From: Azolla caroliniana
Lineage: Eukaryota > Plantae > Polypodiophyta
Length of the DNA stretch: 64,000 bases
NCBI GenBank assembly: GCA_043228905.1
Contig: JBHGNT010000001.1
Location: 15,500,001-15,564,000 of the forward strand
Reading direction: 5' to 3'
Below are positions 1 to 11,432 of the stretch, piece by piece (positions within the stretch are counted from its first letter, which is position 1; every line of letters begins with the position of its first letter). The translations under genes and the position numbers were made by a program. The notes under the pieces are model-generated. The model worked only from the letters and a program-made list of their open reading frames with translations. It was not told the origin of the DNA and ran no database searches.

Positions 1-164
1 TGGAGAGGTGTGGTAATGGAAGGATGGATTAAGGAGAAGCGCTTAATTATTAATTCACAAACTAAAGGGAAGAAGGTAGCAGTGAAGATTGATTGTGGAG
101 AGGTCTGGTAATCGAAGAAATGGAAGAAAAAGGCGTGCAATTTATACATAATTTACGCGGTTTT

Positions 165-186
165 GGGGGGGGGGGGGGGGGGGGGG
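165..186 (+). repeat. poly-G tract (22 nt)
   Basis: Uninterrupted G run read directly from the sequence. Confidence 0.9.
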
Positions 187-2228
187 CAGGAATGACTGGA
201 GGAGGCCATTCATTTCCCTTTTTAAAAAGTTGCCACGATGGAGTTCACGTTCCAGCACTGCAACGACTTTGAGTTAGAAACTTGTCGAACACGGTGCATT
301 GCCACATGCCCAGAGGGCTGCTCTCCCATTACCGAGAATTAGTTAATAATACCTCCCGTCTGTCTGTCTTCTATATACACCACATATTTTGGAGTAAATG
401 GTATTTTCACTCAGTTTTCATGACACACAACCGCCGAAGTTGGGTTACTTTAGACAAAAAAGAAGAGACTATTATTCATAATCGATGCTTTGGTTTCACA
501 CAAAATTTTGTGGAATATGGAAATTAATATAAGAGTTATAAAAAGTGCACATTTCAATATTTAAAGTGAAGTCAATCTTTTGTTGTTGGAGTCCCATCTT
601 CGTAGAGCTACACGGTTCTCCATCATCACTAATTTTAGGGGTGACAAAAAAACTTGGACTTGGTAAAAGTTGACTTGGCCAAAAGTCCATGCTGCGGGGA
701 GAGGGAGAGATAAGCGAGGCGGATGCCAAATTCAGCACCGTCCGTCCGGTTATTATGGAGTATATATATTGTGGTGTGTTCCTTTTGTGCATTTCACAAT
801 ACATATGTATATTGATATAGTAGAATATAATAGTATATTATCCATACCAATTGCAAAATGTAATTTGTGTGCCCAAGTATATAGATATGTATGAAACGTA
901 ATTCTAGAACTAATTGCTTGTATAATAATAAGGGAGTGTGTGCAAGATTGAAGTATGTGCAATCTAGTTTCCTATGCATGTGATTATTTGTTTTGAACTA
1001 TATGTGTGCGTAGGTATATGTGTGAGTGTCTACATGTAGTGATTGTTGAGACAGTAAAACATTTGCTTAATGGTCTGTCCACGTAAGTGGGCCATTCTAC
1101 TATGTGCACATTTTTATGGAGGGCCAAAATCTAGGTAAAAAAATTACATTGTTTCATGACAATAATTACATCAAACTAAATTAAAACTATATTCCAAACA
1201 TTTAAAATCAACGATATCATCAACAAAAATCAGATCTCGAAGTCTTTCTTCTATGTCATACCAAAATCATGTAAGGATAGTTGCATACTTTTTGCTATAC
1301 GGTTAGAACTAATGGCTGAATTTGCTTGCATCTTGAATAATTCTACGAGTACTCAATAAAGCTAATTTTACTTGTTTTGCCTTTTTTGAACTCAAAGAAG
1401 TTTTTATAAGGATAAAATTGAGCAAGAGCTCACTATCAACAATATGTTGCAACAGTTCAAGGATAATCACATTTGCTTTCCTTGAGCATCCATGCATACC
1501 TTGCATCCCAAGTAGCTCAAGGAGTTATTTTCATCATATGTAAGTGGTTCTTTGGTGTTGGAAGCTTGTATTATAACTTCATCGATCTCTTCAAGAAGAT
1601 TTGATTAAGTTTTTCTTATTCATTTGCATCTACATTGACACATTCCATGATTTCATCTGCAATTTCTTCTACATTGTGTGCATGGAAAATTGCAGTTACA
1701 TAATAAAACAACAACATCATCAATGCATTCATCTTCCATTTCAATGACTTTAGCATCATCAATACAAAATAATGGGATAATATCCTCCTTTTTATAACAA
1801 TTTAAAAGTATACTGGTTGATCTCATTCCAAGCAATAACATTGACATTGGTAGCCTCTAGCAAATGTTTCTGAGTTTCCAAAACCTAAACCAATAGAATC
1901 TCTTTTCATACGTTTAGTCGTATCCTCCAAACAAATCTTAACAAATTCTAGATTATCATGATAAGAAAAAATTCTTCTTATCCATTGATATTTGTAAAGG
2001 ACCTCCTTTACAAAGCTACACTAATTCTCATATGCAGTGGTTTCATCCATGATGTAGGGAAGAAAACCACTTTGATAGCATTAAGTTGTGGTGAAGCAAT
2101 TGCTTCCCGATATAAAATATCGTAAGTGACAGTTTGAGGCTTAAACCTGTAACCTCAAATATCAGAAACCAAGAGTAAACCATTAAGATAGGTTCTTCTG
2201 CAAATTTACAAACTCATTATTATAACTA

Positions 2229-2915
2229 TGTTTTATGATCGGCATGAATGTCATATATTGTCTCGTGTAACTAAGCTTCAGGACATCAAAACAATGTCAA
2301 AAAGTTACAAAGAGCTTCAACAAGAAGCTAAGAGTTCTAATGAACTAGAGATTGCGACAAGGAATGCGCAGGATTTTATGGTTTGTGAATCGAACACTCA
2401 AAGCCAATGTTCCAGCCTTGAGAAGGATAGTGTTAGGTTAAAGATTGTTCGGGATAAAAATGTGCGGGCAAGTCGAGATAAAATAATTTCAATTTTGGAT
2501 TTTGTCAAAAGGTGTAATTTTATAATTGTAATTACAAAAACCCCAACCACCTCTACGTATAGGAGTGTTCAAGTGGTTTATTTCAAACACTCCTTCCCAA
2601 GAAGCGGTTGCAAGGTCTAGTTTTGCCAAGTTTTGTAAGATAAACGTTGTAAATATAAAAAGGGCATGAAAGGAAAATAAGTTTACCACAAAAGCCTTTC
2701 TTCCCAAAACGAGATTTTGGCAAAAGAATATTGTATGTGTTTTGTATTCAATTAATTTTATTTTATTGACGACTTTGCACTTGTCTCTTCTTCTTGCCAT
2801 TCCACTATCCACGATTATGCATTGTCATACTGATCTCCCTTGAGACATAGACCCCCAGCAGTTGCGACACTTGACCACGATCTTTACAACATAAAATTTG
2901 GTGAATCCGACATGA
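2229..2915 (+). mobile_element. Putative Gypsy 5' LTR (about 2229-2891) plus tRNA-Trp-type primer binding site (2899-2915)
   Basis: Termini are TGTTTTA...TACAACA with an internal TATAAAA. They are followed by TGGTGAATCCGACATGA, two mismatches from the complement of the plant tRNA-Trp 3' end as recalled (TGGTGAACCCGACGTGA). A gag-like ORF follows. The left boundary is uncertain. Confidence 0.55.
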
Positions 2916-3533
2916 AGCATCGCCGACAAGGAGGGTTTCAAAATTAAAGTTCTAAAAAGAAAAGATAAAAAAAGTGACAAAGATGGTGGAGAAGGGCATC
3001 CACACGAAGTTGGCGGACAAGGGCTTCAATGCAGAGACGACAAATTTGATGATGACAATGATGAGTCCAATGTTGGAGGAGCAAAGTTTGTTAACACTTG
3101 CCATACAAATGTTCATCAAAAGGATAACCAGGTTTAGTAGTGAGGACATCACCCGGTTCCTCGAGTTCTACAAATATGAGCTAACTCATGGGGAAACCAA
3201 TGTTCATATGGTGTTGCAGATAAATCCGCACAGTTTATGTCTGAGTGAGGACTAACAGAATTGCAAGACAACTTCCATGAAGATTGGGCCAAAGTTCGTC
3301 GCTAGGTGTCAAAGAAGAGCTTTTTTGAATAGCCAGGGAAAGGAGGTAAAAGACTCCCAATCTCAAAGTTACTAAGGGAGTTCAGGACGAGATATAATGA
3401 GGTCTTGATAAGAGACCAGGAGCTATTACAATTTCAGAAGGTAGATTGATTCTTTTGAATAGCGGATAAATCTTTCTAGAAAGATCTCCACATTTTTCTA
3501 AAGGATCAGGCAAGTATTTTACTAGGCAAACCT

Positions 3534-4972
3534 TGTCGTGAAAATTTTTGGCAACGGTGAGAAAATCAGATCGGGGGAATAAAACAGGGATGTGCAACAA
3601 TTGCGTCTCATGCATATGAGAAAATGTATATAGAGATAAGAGAGAATAAGGGTAAAATGTAAGGGTGCTAAAGTGCACAAAAGAGTTAGTGCGGAATAAA
3701 TGTGATGTGTATGCACACGTAGTGGGTAGTGGGGGACTCTGAAACTGAGTTTAATGTACAGGAATGTTCTTTCAATCACCTATAATCATTGGCTTAAACA
3801 TTGAACTATAATGAATTCCCCATTGGAGTCTTGCATGTGGATGTTCGTTGGTTCTTGTTAGGTGGTTGACCGGATCAATACCGCGCTTGTGATCAACTTT
3901 TGTCATGTATATACTGTTGAGAGATCAAGCTCAACTTAGTTTAGTCAACCATGTAACTTCGTAGTTACCTAGATAGAATCTAGTTAGAAGTGTTGACTAT
4001 AACGACTTAAATAGGACCTTGTACTTAAGTAGGATATTCTAGATCCTCCACTCCCAAGGTCATTTAATATAGGACTGACACGGTTGTACCTATATTATCC
4101 TCACACATGTGCACCCTTGCACATGAAATCTATATATACCTCATTGATGGTATTTTTCTATTTGATGATGATGATAATGCGAATTTAATATACTTACTCA
4201 TCCCCCATCTTGTGTTGTATCTCTCTCTCTCTCTCTCTTCCTCTCTCACACATACACACATACAAACACATACACACACATATCACTTAATCTTCCTCTT
4301 ATCAACTAATCACATAATTAGGTACTAATTAATCCTTGCTTAATTCCTTACCTAATTCTTAACATATACATATGAATCGTGTCATGATGAATGTGGGTTG
4401 ATTCTTCTATTGTTCTTTCTCTTTGTACCGGTTTGTGTGTATGTGTGTGTGTGTTCCCTTCTCGCCCTTGGTCTTACATATCTTACGCTTCACGACAGTC
4501 GAGAGGGAGCCGACACGGTCACAAGGTGTTGATTGAGGTCATTCTTATGACGTGGTGATGGTTCCGCCAGCGCCAAGACCGATCCAGACAACACATGAGT
4601 TGGCCGACAAATCTCGATCGGTCAAGGCTAAGTCGGATGACCAAGGTGAACAATTGGGGACCATCCAGGAAAATGACCGGATCCGACCCGGTTGGTTCCC
4701 AACAGTCGGCCGACTGAGCCTGATCGAGCTAAATAGCCCATGTCGGACTAGTCGATCAAGACTCGCATGATCCGACAAGCGATAGAAGACTGTTGGAAAC
4801 GCTAGGTTGAACAAGCAATCGGCGTGGAAGGATGATCGCCAAGTCGGCAACCTAGCCGGAGCGCCCGAAGCCGAGAAAGCCCAGTTCATGCGGCCCTCAC
4901 AATCCTCTCCGGTCCAAAAACCCAATGATCCCATCCAAGCCGATCCCCAAGCCGTAGGTTTCCGCGTCAACA
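3534..4972 (-). mobile_element. Long LTR-like insertion inside the Gypsy gag
   Basis: Non-coding block with TGTTGACGCGG...CACGACA termini on the minus strand that separates two gag segments. No clean TSD. Confidence 0.4.
3915..4364 (+). mobile_element. Solo LTR with 5-bp TSD TATAC
   Basis: TGTTGA...TTAACA termini flanked by TATAC at 3910-3914 and 4365-4369. Homologous to the LTR at 26549-27050, which carries a Met PBS. Confidence 0.85.
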
Positions 4973-6008
4973 TGCCAAAGCTTTGTCAAATACTCAAAAG
5001 GACAACAATAAGAATGGAGGATAACTATAACACTCGGAAGAAGACAACTATCATAGAACATCCAAAGCAAGAATTAGGAACCTATGTGGATGCTGGCAAT
5101 GGATAGAAGCCAGAGTCAACAATCGATGAGCTAATAAAGGGAATGAAGGATTTACAACCGAAGTTCCCTAACCTTGAAAAGGGTGAAAGCTTGGGTGTCA
5201 AGAAGGAGCCCAATGAGGAAGAAATGAAAATGTTTGTTCATTCATATGGATCAATAATTGTAAGCACCTTAAAAGAGTATCTAAGGATCACAATGAGGTG
5301 TTAGAAAAGAATATATCTTCTACCAAAGTAGGAGAATCCACTCCTTTGAGACCTGAGAACCCTAAATTCCAACTTTGCCAAAGGTGGAATGAAAAAGTTG
5401 ATGCAGGATGCAGAGTTAAATAATGTACATGGTATGGACTTTTTGACTACCTTTGGGTTGGAAGTTGGTGATCCCCAAACTAGATTAAGATTTTGGAGAA
5501 AATTGGTTAATTCGCTGAATGGAAATAATTTACTAAAGGCTAGTGCTAGGTAGAATGACCTCATAGGTGCATTGATAGCAACTACCAAGATAATAGGGGT
5601 GAACACCCACAAGGCGTGAATGGAAGAGAGGAGAAGAAGAACTAAAGAAGCGGGTTTATAAATTGACCCGAGACCCAAGAACAAAAGAGACAAGAAAGAG
5701 AATTAGTTGTTGTAGGGGCAAAGAAGGAAGAAAAAGGGAATTAGAAGGTCACCCTGTCATTCAAACTCTCCTCCGACATTGAAACATCCATTGATCTAAA
5801 GAAAGTGCTAGAATCTAGGATTCTCAATAGCAAATTCGAGTTGACACTTCGAGAAATCCTTCGGATTCTGAAGAAAGTGTTCCATGAAGTGATCATTGAC
5901 ATGATTTGTTGAGAAAGAAGCTCAAGGTGAGCCGGATCGGCCGAAGAAGTCGACAACCGAGTTGGCTGAGGAAGCCAACAACTAGATCGGCTAGAGAAGC
6001 CCACGGGT

Positions 6009-8090
6009 TGTTAGGGCCGATGTTCGAGTTCGTGGTAATAGGATCTTGCCCAGGTCGACTAACACAAGGAGTCTAATGAATACCTTACAGAGTCATCTAT
6101 CAATAAGATTGTGGTTGGAGATTGGATTCGGTCGACTCTGCTCGCCTCTCCTCAAATTACCATCCTCAATCACTATGATTATAAATATAGTATTATGATC
6201 GACTGTTAGGTTCATGTATTATGACTAAGAGAATCTAAATTAGTAGTCCACAACATAGAATATACTCTAACTAAAAATTTATATTAAACTTATAGCAATA
6301 TAGATCAATCATGTTACTATGCTCTCAGCCCCTTCTTATAGGTGGCCTGAAAGACTTTCCAAGATTTATAAAATAATACAACTTCTTGTTCGGCGAGAAT
6401 CCTACAGTTACACTAACTGTCCTAATTTTTACTTGGCCTTAATACTATTTCTCGACTATCCTTTCACATTTTTCCTATTCTGACTATACTTCATTTTCGA
6501 CTACGGCTATACTTCCTTCCGACTACGACTACGACTATACTTCATTTCCTAGCTCATTGACTTATGCTTTTCCTAGCTTGATCGGTCGAACCGACCAACT
6601 AACACATGGCACGCCCGTGGGAAAGTGCCTTGCACGGTCGAACCCAAAATTTTCCTCCTCTAGTCGTTGTCTTCCTCAATTCTGTGGTCTTCAAAATACC
6701 CAATAGATTGGGTTCTTCTTCCTCTGGCTCTGCCTCCACATTGACCTCTTCTAAAATTTGCTCAATTAGCTATTGTCTCAGCTCCGACTGTACGACCTAC
6801 TCTGTTTCAAACTCATTGTGTTGTGGAGGCTCCTGCTCTTGTTGGGTTTGCTTTGCTTGCTTTTGTTCTTTCTTCTTAGCATGTTCTATCCTCTCAACTC
6901 TATCCTACACATCCGACTAGTTTCCCTCCTCTTGAAACCGAGGGTGAGCTATAATTGGTTGTCGTCATATTCTTCCAGCAATTTAGTGATTTCAGCTGTG
7001 TATTTAGTTGTGAGCTCCTGGAAGTTGGCCGACAATTCATCCCGAATTTCAGTTAAACTCGCCTGGTCCAATTTGTGTTCTCCTAATTAGCCCTTAGCAG
7101 TTGTAATTTTGTTGCTTGAGTCGACTAGGTTTTCCATCCTTGTTCAAGGGATGCTATTATTTTTGTTGGTCGGCAAAGACTCTAGAGCCAGATAGAGTCT
7201 AGAATGGGAAAGGGATAATTAATATAGAATTATTATGATTTTGAGAAGTGAATGGACGGACCCGGTTTGTTTGCAATGAATTAGCGGATAATTAATAGAG
7301 TGTTGTTGTTCTATATCTTAATCAGTGTTAATTACCATTCTGTGCTAAGTGTAATTCATTTTACGCATGTATTGTGACTAATGATCTTGCTGACTAGTAA
7401 CCGATTAGGGTTTCATTAATAGTTCGGTCTAAGTTTATCTCACCGCAACACCCCTTTGGTGAAGTGTCTCAAGGGGGCACCCTGTGTTAGGGCATTGTCC
7501 GATCCCTAGGGATAACAATTTTCTCATGTAGCCTTTGCTTATGTTGGTTTAAGATAGCTTGAATCTTTTGGTCGCCCATATTGAGTCAATATTCCAAAGC
7601 CTTCATTTTGGCGTGTCGCTCATCTTGTTGAGATACTATTGAATCTTGTGCAATTTGCAATTTCACTTCTGGCCCTAAGAGTGAGTTTCACACCAGTTCG
7701 TATTTCTCTGTGGGGTTCTTGATTTGTTGCATTGTTCTGTCTTGGTCATCTTGGAAACCTTGGTGCATATTTTCCTTTTCTGCTTTGAATTTTGTTGTGT
7801 CTTTGGGAAATCTCCTCGTGTGCTTTGATGTGCTTGTTGAGATCGGCTATTATTTGTTGCTTCCGATCAAAATGAAGTTTTAGGTGTCGGTGTTCTTCTA
7901 GGATTTTGTCAAATTCTTTTTTTCGGGCTCGAAGCGTGTCATTGATGTGTTTCTGAAATACTTCGACCTGTTGATGTATTCTTCGAAGTTGGCCCCATAG
8001 TCACTTGACTTCAGTGTCAGTAGTCTCTAGTTTTTTATTTGGCTTGATGGGCAGATCCTCCTTTTGTTTCAATTCGTTGCATAGATGCCT
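6009..8090 (-). mobile_element. 3' part of an LTR retroelement: LTR (about 6009-6648), polypurine tract and degenerate coiled-coil ORF
   Basis: Minus-strand PPT TAGAGGAGGAAA sits next to an LTR start (TTTGGGTTCGACCGTGCAAGGCACT) that matches 63431-63470. Upstream is a stop-riddled E/K/Q-rich coiled-coil frame rather than integrase. Confidence 0.5.
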
Positions 8091-8099
8091 GTTGACAGT

Positions 8100-9840
8100 T
8101 TTGGCAACAACTATGACATCCTCAATAAACAATCTATTCTTACCATCATCTAACATATTACATGTTAGCCACTCCACAACATCATGTGGATTTTGTAACT
8201 TCGCACCTTTATTATCCAACTGCTCGCTTGTAAGAGCGCACTTGATCACAACCCACGCGCCATCATGCTATCCCTTTCCATGTCTAGACCCAAAGTAATT
8301 TCATTGCATCCTAATGTTGGACAATGACATGTATCTGGGCGTTTTGCATGAGAGCTAGCTAACAAACATAGTTAGTGTATCACTGGTAGCCAACAATTCT
8401 TTAGATGACTTAAACCATAATTAGTACTAATGCACGAGATGAAACAATACTAAGTTATACATTAGTACTAATCCGTTAGAGAGGACAGTACTAAGTTATA
8501 AATTAGTACTAATGCACGAGAGAGGACAATACTAAGTTATAAATTAGTACTTGTGCATGTGGATCACAATACTAAATTGTAAAATAAGGGTACTTTACCA
8601 GGCCTATACCATAATCAGTACTTGTGGATGTGAGATGATAGTACTAAGTTCAAAAATAAGGGTACTTTACAAGGGTTAAACCATAGTCAGTACTTGTGCA
8701 CGTGTGAGGACAATATGTAGTTATAAATTAAGGATACTTTAAAAGACTTACACCATACTTAGTACTTATGCATGAGGGAGGGCAATACTAAGTTGTAAAT
8801 TAAGGATAGATTACAAGGCATGAACCTTAATTAGTACTTGTGCATCTGGGAGGCCAGTACTAAGTTGTACATTAAGAATACTTCATATAGCTATTACCAT
8901 AATCAGTACGGGTGCATTTAGGAGGACCGAACTAAATGACCAATAAGTTTAGATTCACATTTCATGACAATACAAAGTTGTAACATGAAAATCCTAAACA
9001 TGACCACTTCTAGTGATGGACATGATAGGATGATATTAAGTTGTTATTAAGAACACTAAAACATTCAATGACTAGAAAATAAGTACACACGCAAAAGGGA
9101 GTACAATAATAGGATGTTCAATCCGAACACTAGTAGGAGAATTACTAATTGTATTTTATAGAAACATTTTTTATGAGTGTTCATAGAATATTTGTATTGG
9201 TAGGAAACTAAAGCAATAGGTAAAGAACTATGAAGTATTACCAAACTAGACTTTCATTTATAAGTACTAGACATATGTATTAAAAATCACCTTGCAATGA
9301 AGTAGAAGGATTGGGCTACCTTAAAATGCAAGGCAACACCATCGGACCAGGCCCAATGACGATGAACACCCAGGAACAATAAAATTATGTGGTGAAGCTT
9401 AAAACAATGTTGAACAAATAGGGTAAGTGTATCATGCTTTTTATCATTTGAAATGTAGAATATTGATTTCTGATGTAACTTACCATTTCCTCTCCAGTAG
9501 CAAATATGTACAAGCATTGTACATTGCTCATTATACCAATGCATTGACTGAACCTCATTTTGAACTTTAAACGTATAATTCTCTGCAAAGTCAATAATAG
9601 ATACCATTACATCTTGTGGTAAGTTATTTATACATTACTTAAACTGTGAATTCTGCCAATAACTCCTAGAGTTATGTGGAATGAACTCCCCAAATTGCTT
9701 CTTAAACTCTGAGACAAGGGTAGTAGCACATGTATCCTTATATACTTCCTACATACACTTACTAACGAGACCCTTACCTATATTTTCTATCAAATACTCG
9801 AAATATTTCCATTTCACAATATGAGAGTTATCTTTTGATG
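8100..9840 (-). pseudogene. Intron-containing Sola2-like DDD transposase (exons about 9840-9291 and 8334 to about 8100)
   Basis: Exon 1 has DFAENY, QSMHW, SNDKKHD and WSDG motifs. A GT..CAG intron (9290-8335) joins in frame (GCA AG|A TAC) to exon 2, which reads (W*)NYFGSRHGKG(*)HDGA..VIK. Several premature stops. Confidence 0.75.
8417..8940. repeat. Minisatellite array: about three 41-bp units followed by about five 72-bp units sharing an AGTACT...CAATACTAAGTT core
   Basis: Repeated units read directly. The array lies inside the predicted transposase intron. Confidence 0.85.
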
Positions 9841-9957
9841 CGAAACCCTTAAATAATGGACTATGTGAAGAACCACCCGTCCCTTGCTTTGTTTAGACAT
9901 AGATGTGCTACATCACAACTCACTCTCCTTCGCGACTACCATTGTCACTGTCAATAC

Positions 9958-10310
9958 TGGAAGGAGGTGTGAGCGGCTTTCCAGGTATCATGGTCCTAAA
10001 CTCACACAACTACTCTGACAGGAAGATCAAGATGGAAGATCTTCTAATACTCAAGGATGTATGCGAGCCCATGGACAAAGAAGAAATACCCACCGGGGTG
10101 TTATAGTCTAAATGGAAACTCTTGAACAGAAAGGCAGTGGCCACCATCAGATAGTGTGTAGATGTAAATATTCTACAACATGTTGCAAATGACACCAATG
10201 CCTACGAGATGTGGCACAAACTGTTTGGGCTATACGAGAGGAAGAATGCCCTCAATAAAACCTCTCTGATGAGAAAGATCAGAAGAATTAAGTACAGAGA
10301 CGAAGAAAGA
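9958..10310 (+). pseudogene. Copia gag N-terminal fragment (Tork/Tnt1-like family)
   Basis: EGGVSGFPGIMVLNSHNYSDRKIKMEDLL...RKAVATIR...ANDTNAYEMW is collinear with the gag start of the intact element at 55361. Contains stops. Confidence 0.8.
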
Positions 10311-11432
10311 TCCTTTCAGATATAGATGTCCTTAGTGGCTACCATTGGCACTCTCATCTATTCCTTTTCCAAAACAATGAATTTTTAAGAAAGACAACCA
10401 TCATTTGAGTTAGACTATTCTAAAATGGATGAATGAAAAAGAACATGCAAAACCGGTTCCTATTTACCTTCTATGGCCCAACAGGCTTCACCTTTGAGAT
10501 AAGAGGAGGTGAAGAAGCTAGTGGCAGTATGGTTAAAAAGCTCCATCAACAAATCACAAAAATGGCATGAAGAGTAGCTCTGCTAAACCCTAAATGATTA
10601 GTTTTTTGGATAGGCGTACATATTGAACATGAACTCACAATATGGAACAAAATCTAAACCCTAAAATGACCGCTATAGGAAAATCAAAGTGATTCACAAC
10701 TTTCAATATATAAGGGATAAGGAATATAAGGGACAAACATAACTCAGTACTAAGAATTTGAAATTGGGAAAATGATGATGGTCATGGACAATACTTTAAA
10801 TTAGTAATACAATATTTGTGCTATAGGAATGATTTTTCAGGAGTCGCAAGATTACACCAACACATGAACTTTACTCATAAATATGACAACAAATACATGG
10901 TGAAAGAACATCTATTGGACAAAGAAAACACATGTTGTAATATTCTTTATTCAAAACAACAACATGAGGCTATACATGTGGATCCCCCTTATTTCTGAAT
11001 TTCATCAAGTGCACCTAATTTTTTGTTATTTCAGCACCTATGTAATCAGAATAATTGCTTAATACATCGTAGAATAAACATACTTAATACGCCATAACAT
11101 AAACATCAACTAGTTTTCTGATAAACTCTAAATAATAAAGCCTAAATAAGTGTTCTAAAATAACCTACGCCATTTAAACCATAGCTCTGATCAACACTGA
11201 ATCCATTGTACAGAAAGTGAAGACACATACCGGAGGAAGGAGAAGATGGGGAAACTAGTGCTTCAACATAGATGGGGAAGACGCGTGACACAAAGAACCT
11301 CAAAACGAGAGACGAGCTCAGTTGGAAGGAGGAAGAGGAGACATGATGAGGAAGAAGCACCAAAATCATTCAATGTGGCTCACTAAATTAAAAGTGAGGG
11401 GGAAATATCCCCCAAAACAGTCTAGAACACGT

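Larger units (their letters stand above)
2974..5910 (+). pseudogene. Degenerate non-chromovirus Gypsy gag, interrupted by LTR insertions
   Basis: N-terminal RFSSEDITRFLEFY. The segment near 5755-5905 translates PSFKLSSDIETSIDLKKVLESRILNSKFELTLREIL, matching the gag of the 32-37 kb Gypsy (PAFKLTSDIEQQTDIKKVFEERILD). Multiple stops and frameshifts. Confidence 0.65.

Noticed and set aside
250-350. Possible Helitron 3' end (short GCCC/GGGC hairpin before TTAG)
   Set aside because: The hairpin is too short, there is no CTRR at the expected distance, and no Rep/helicase remnant was seen.
1200-2220. Degenerate minus-strand coding-like sequence
   Set aside because: Riddled with stops, and no recognisable motif to assign a family.
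8417-8940. CRISPR-like regular array
   Set aside because: The units are homologous along their whole length with no unique spacers, there are no cas genes, and the context is eukaryotic. It is a minisatellite.
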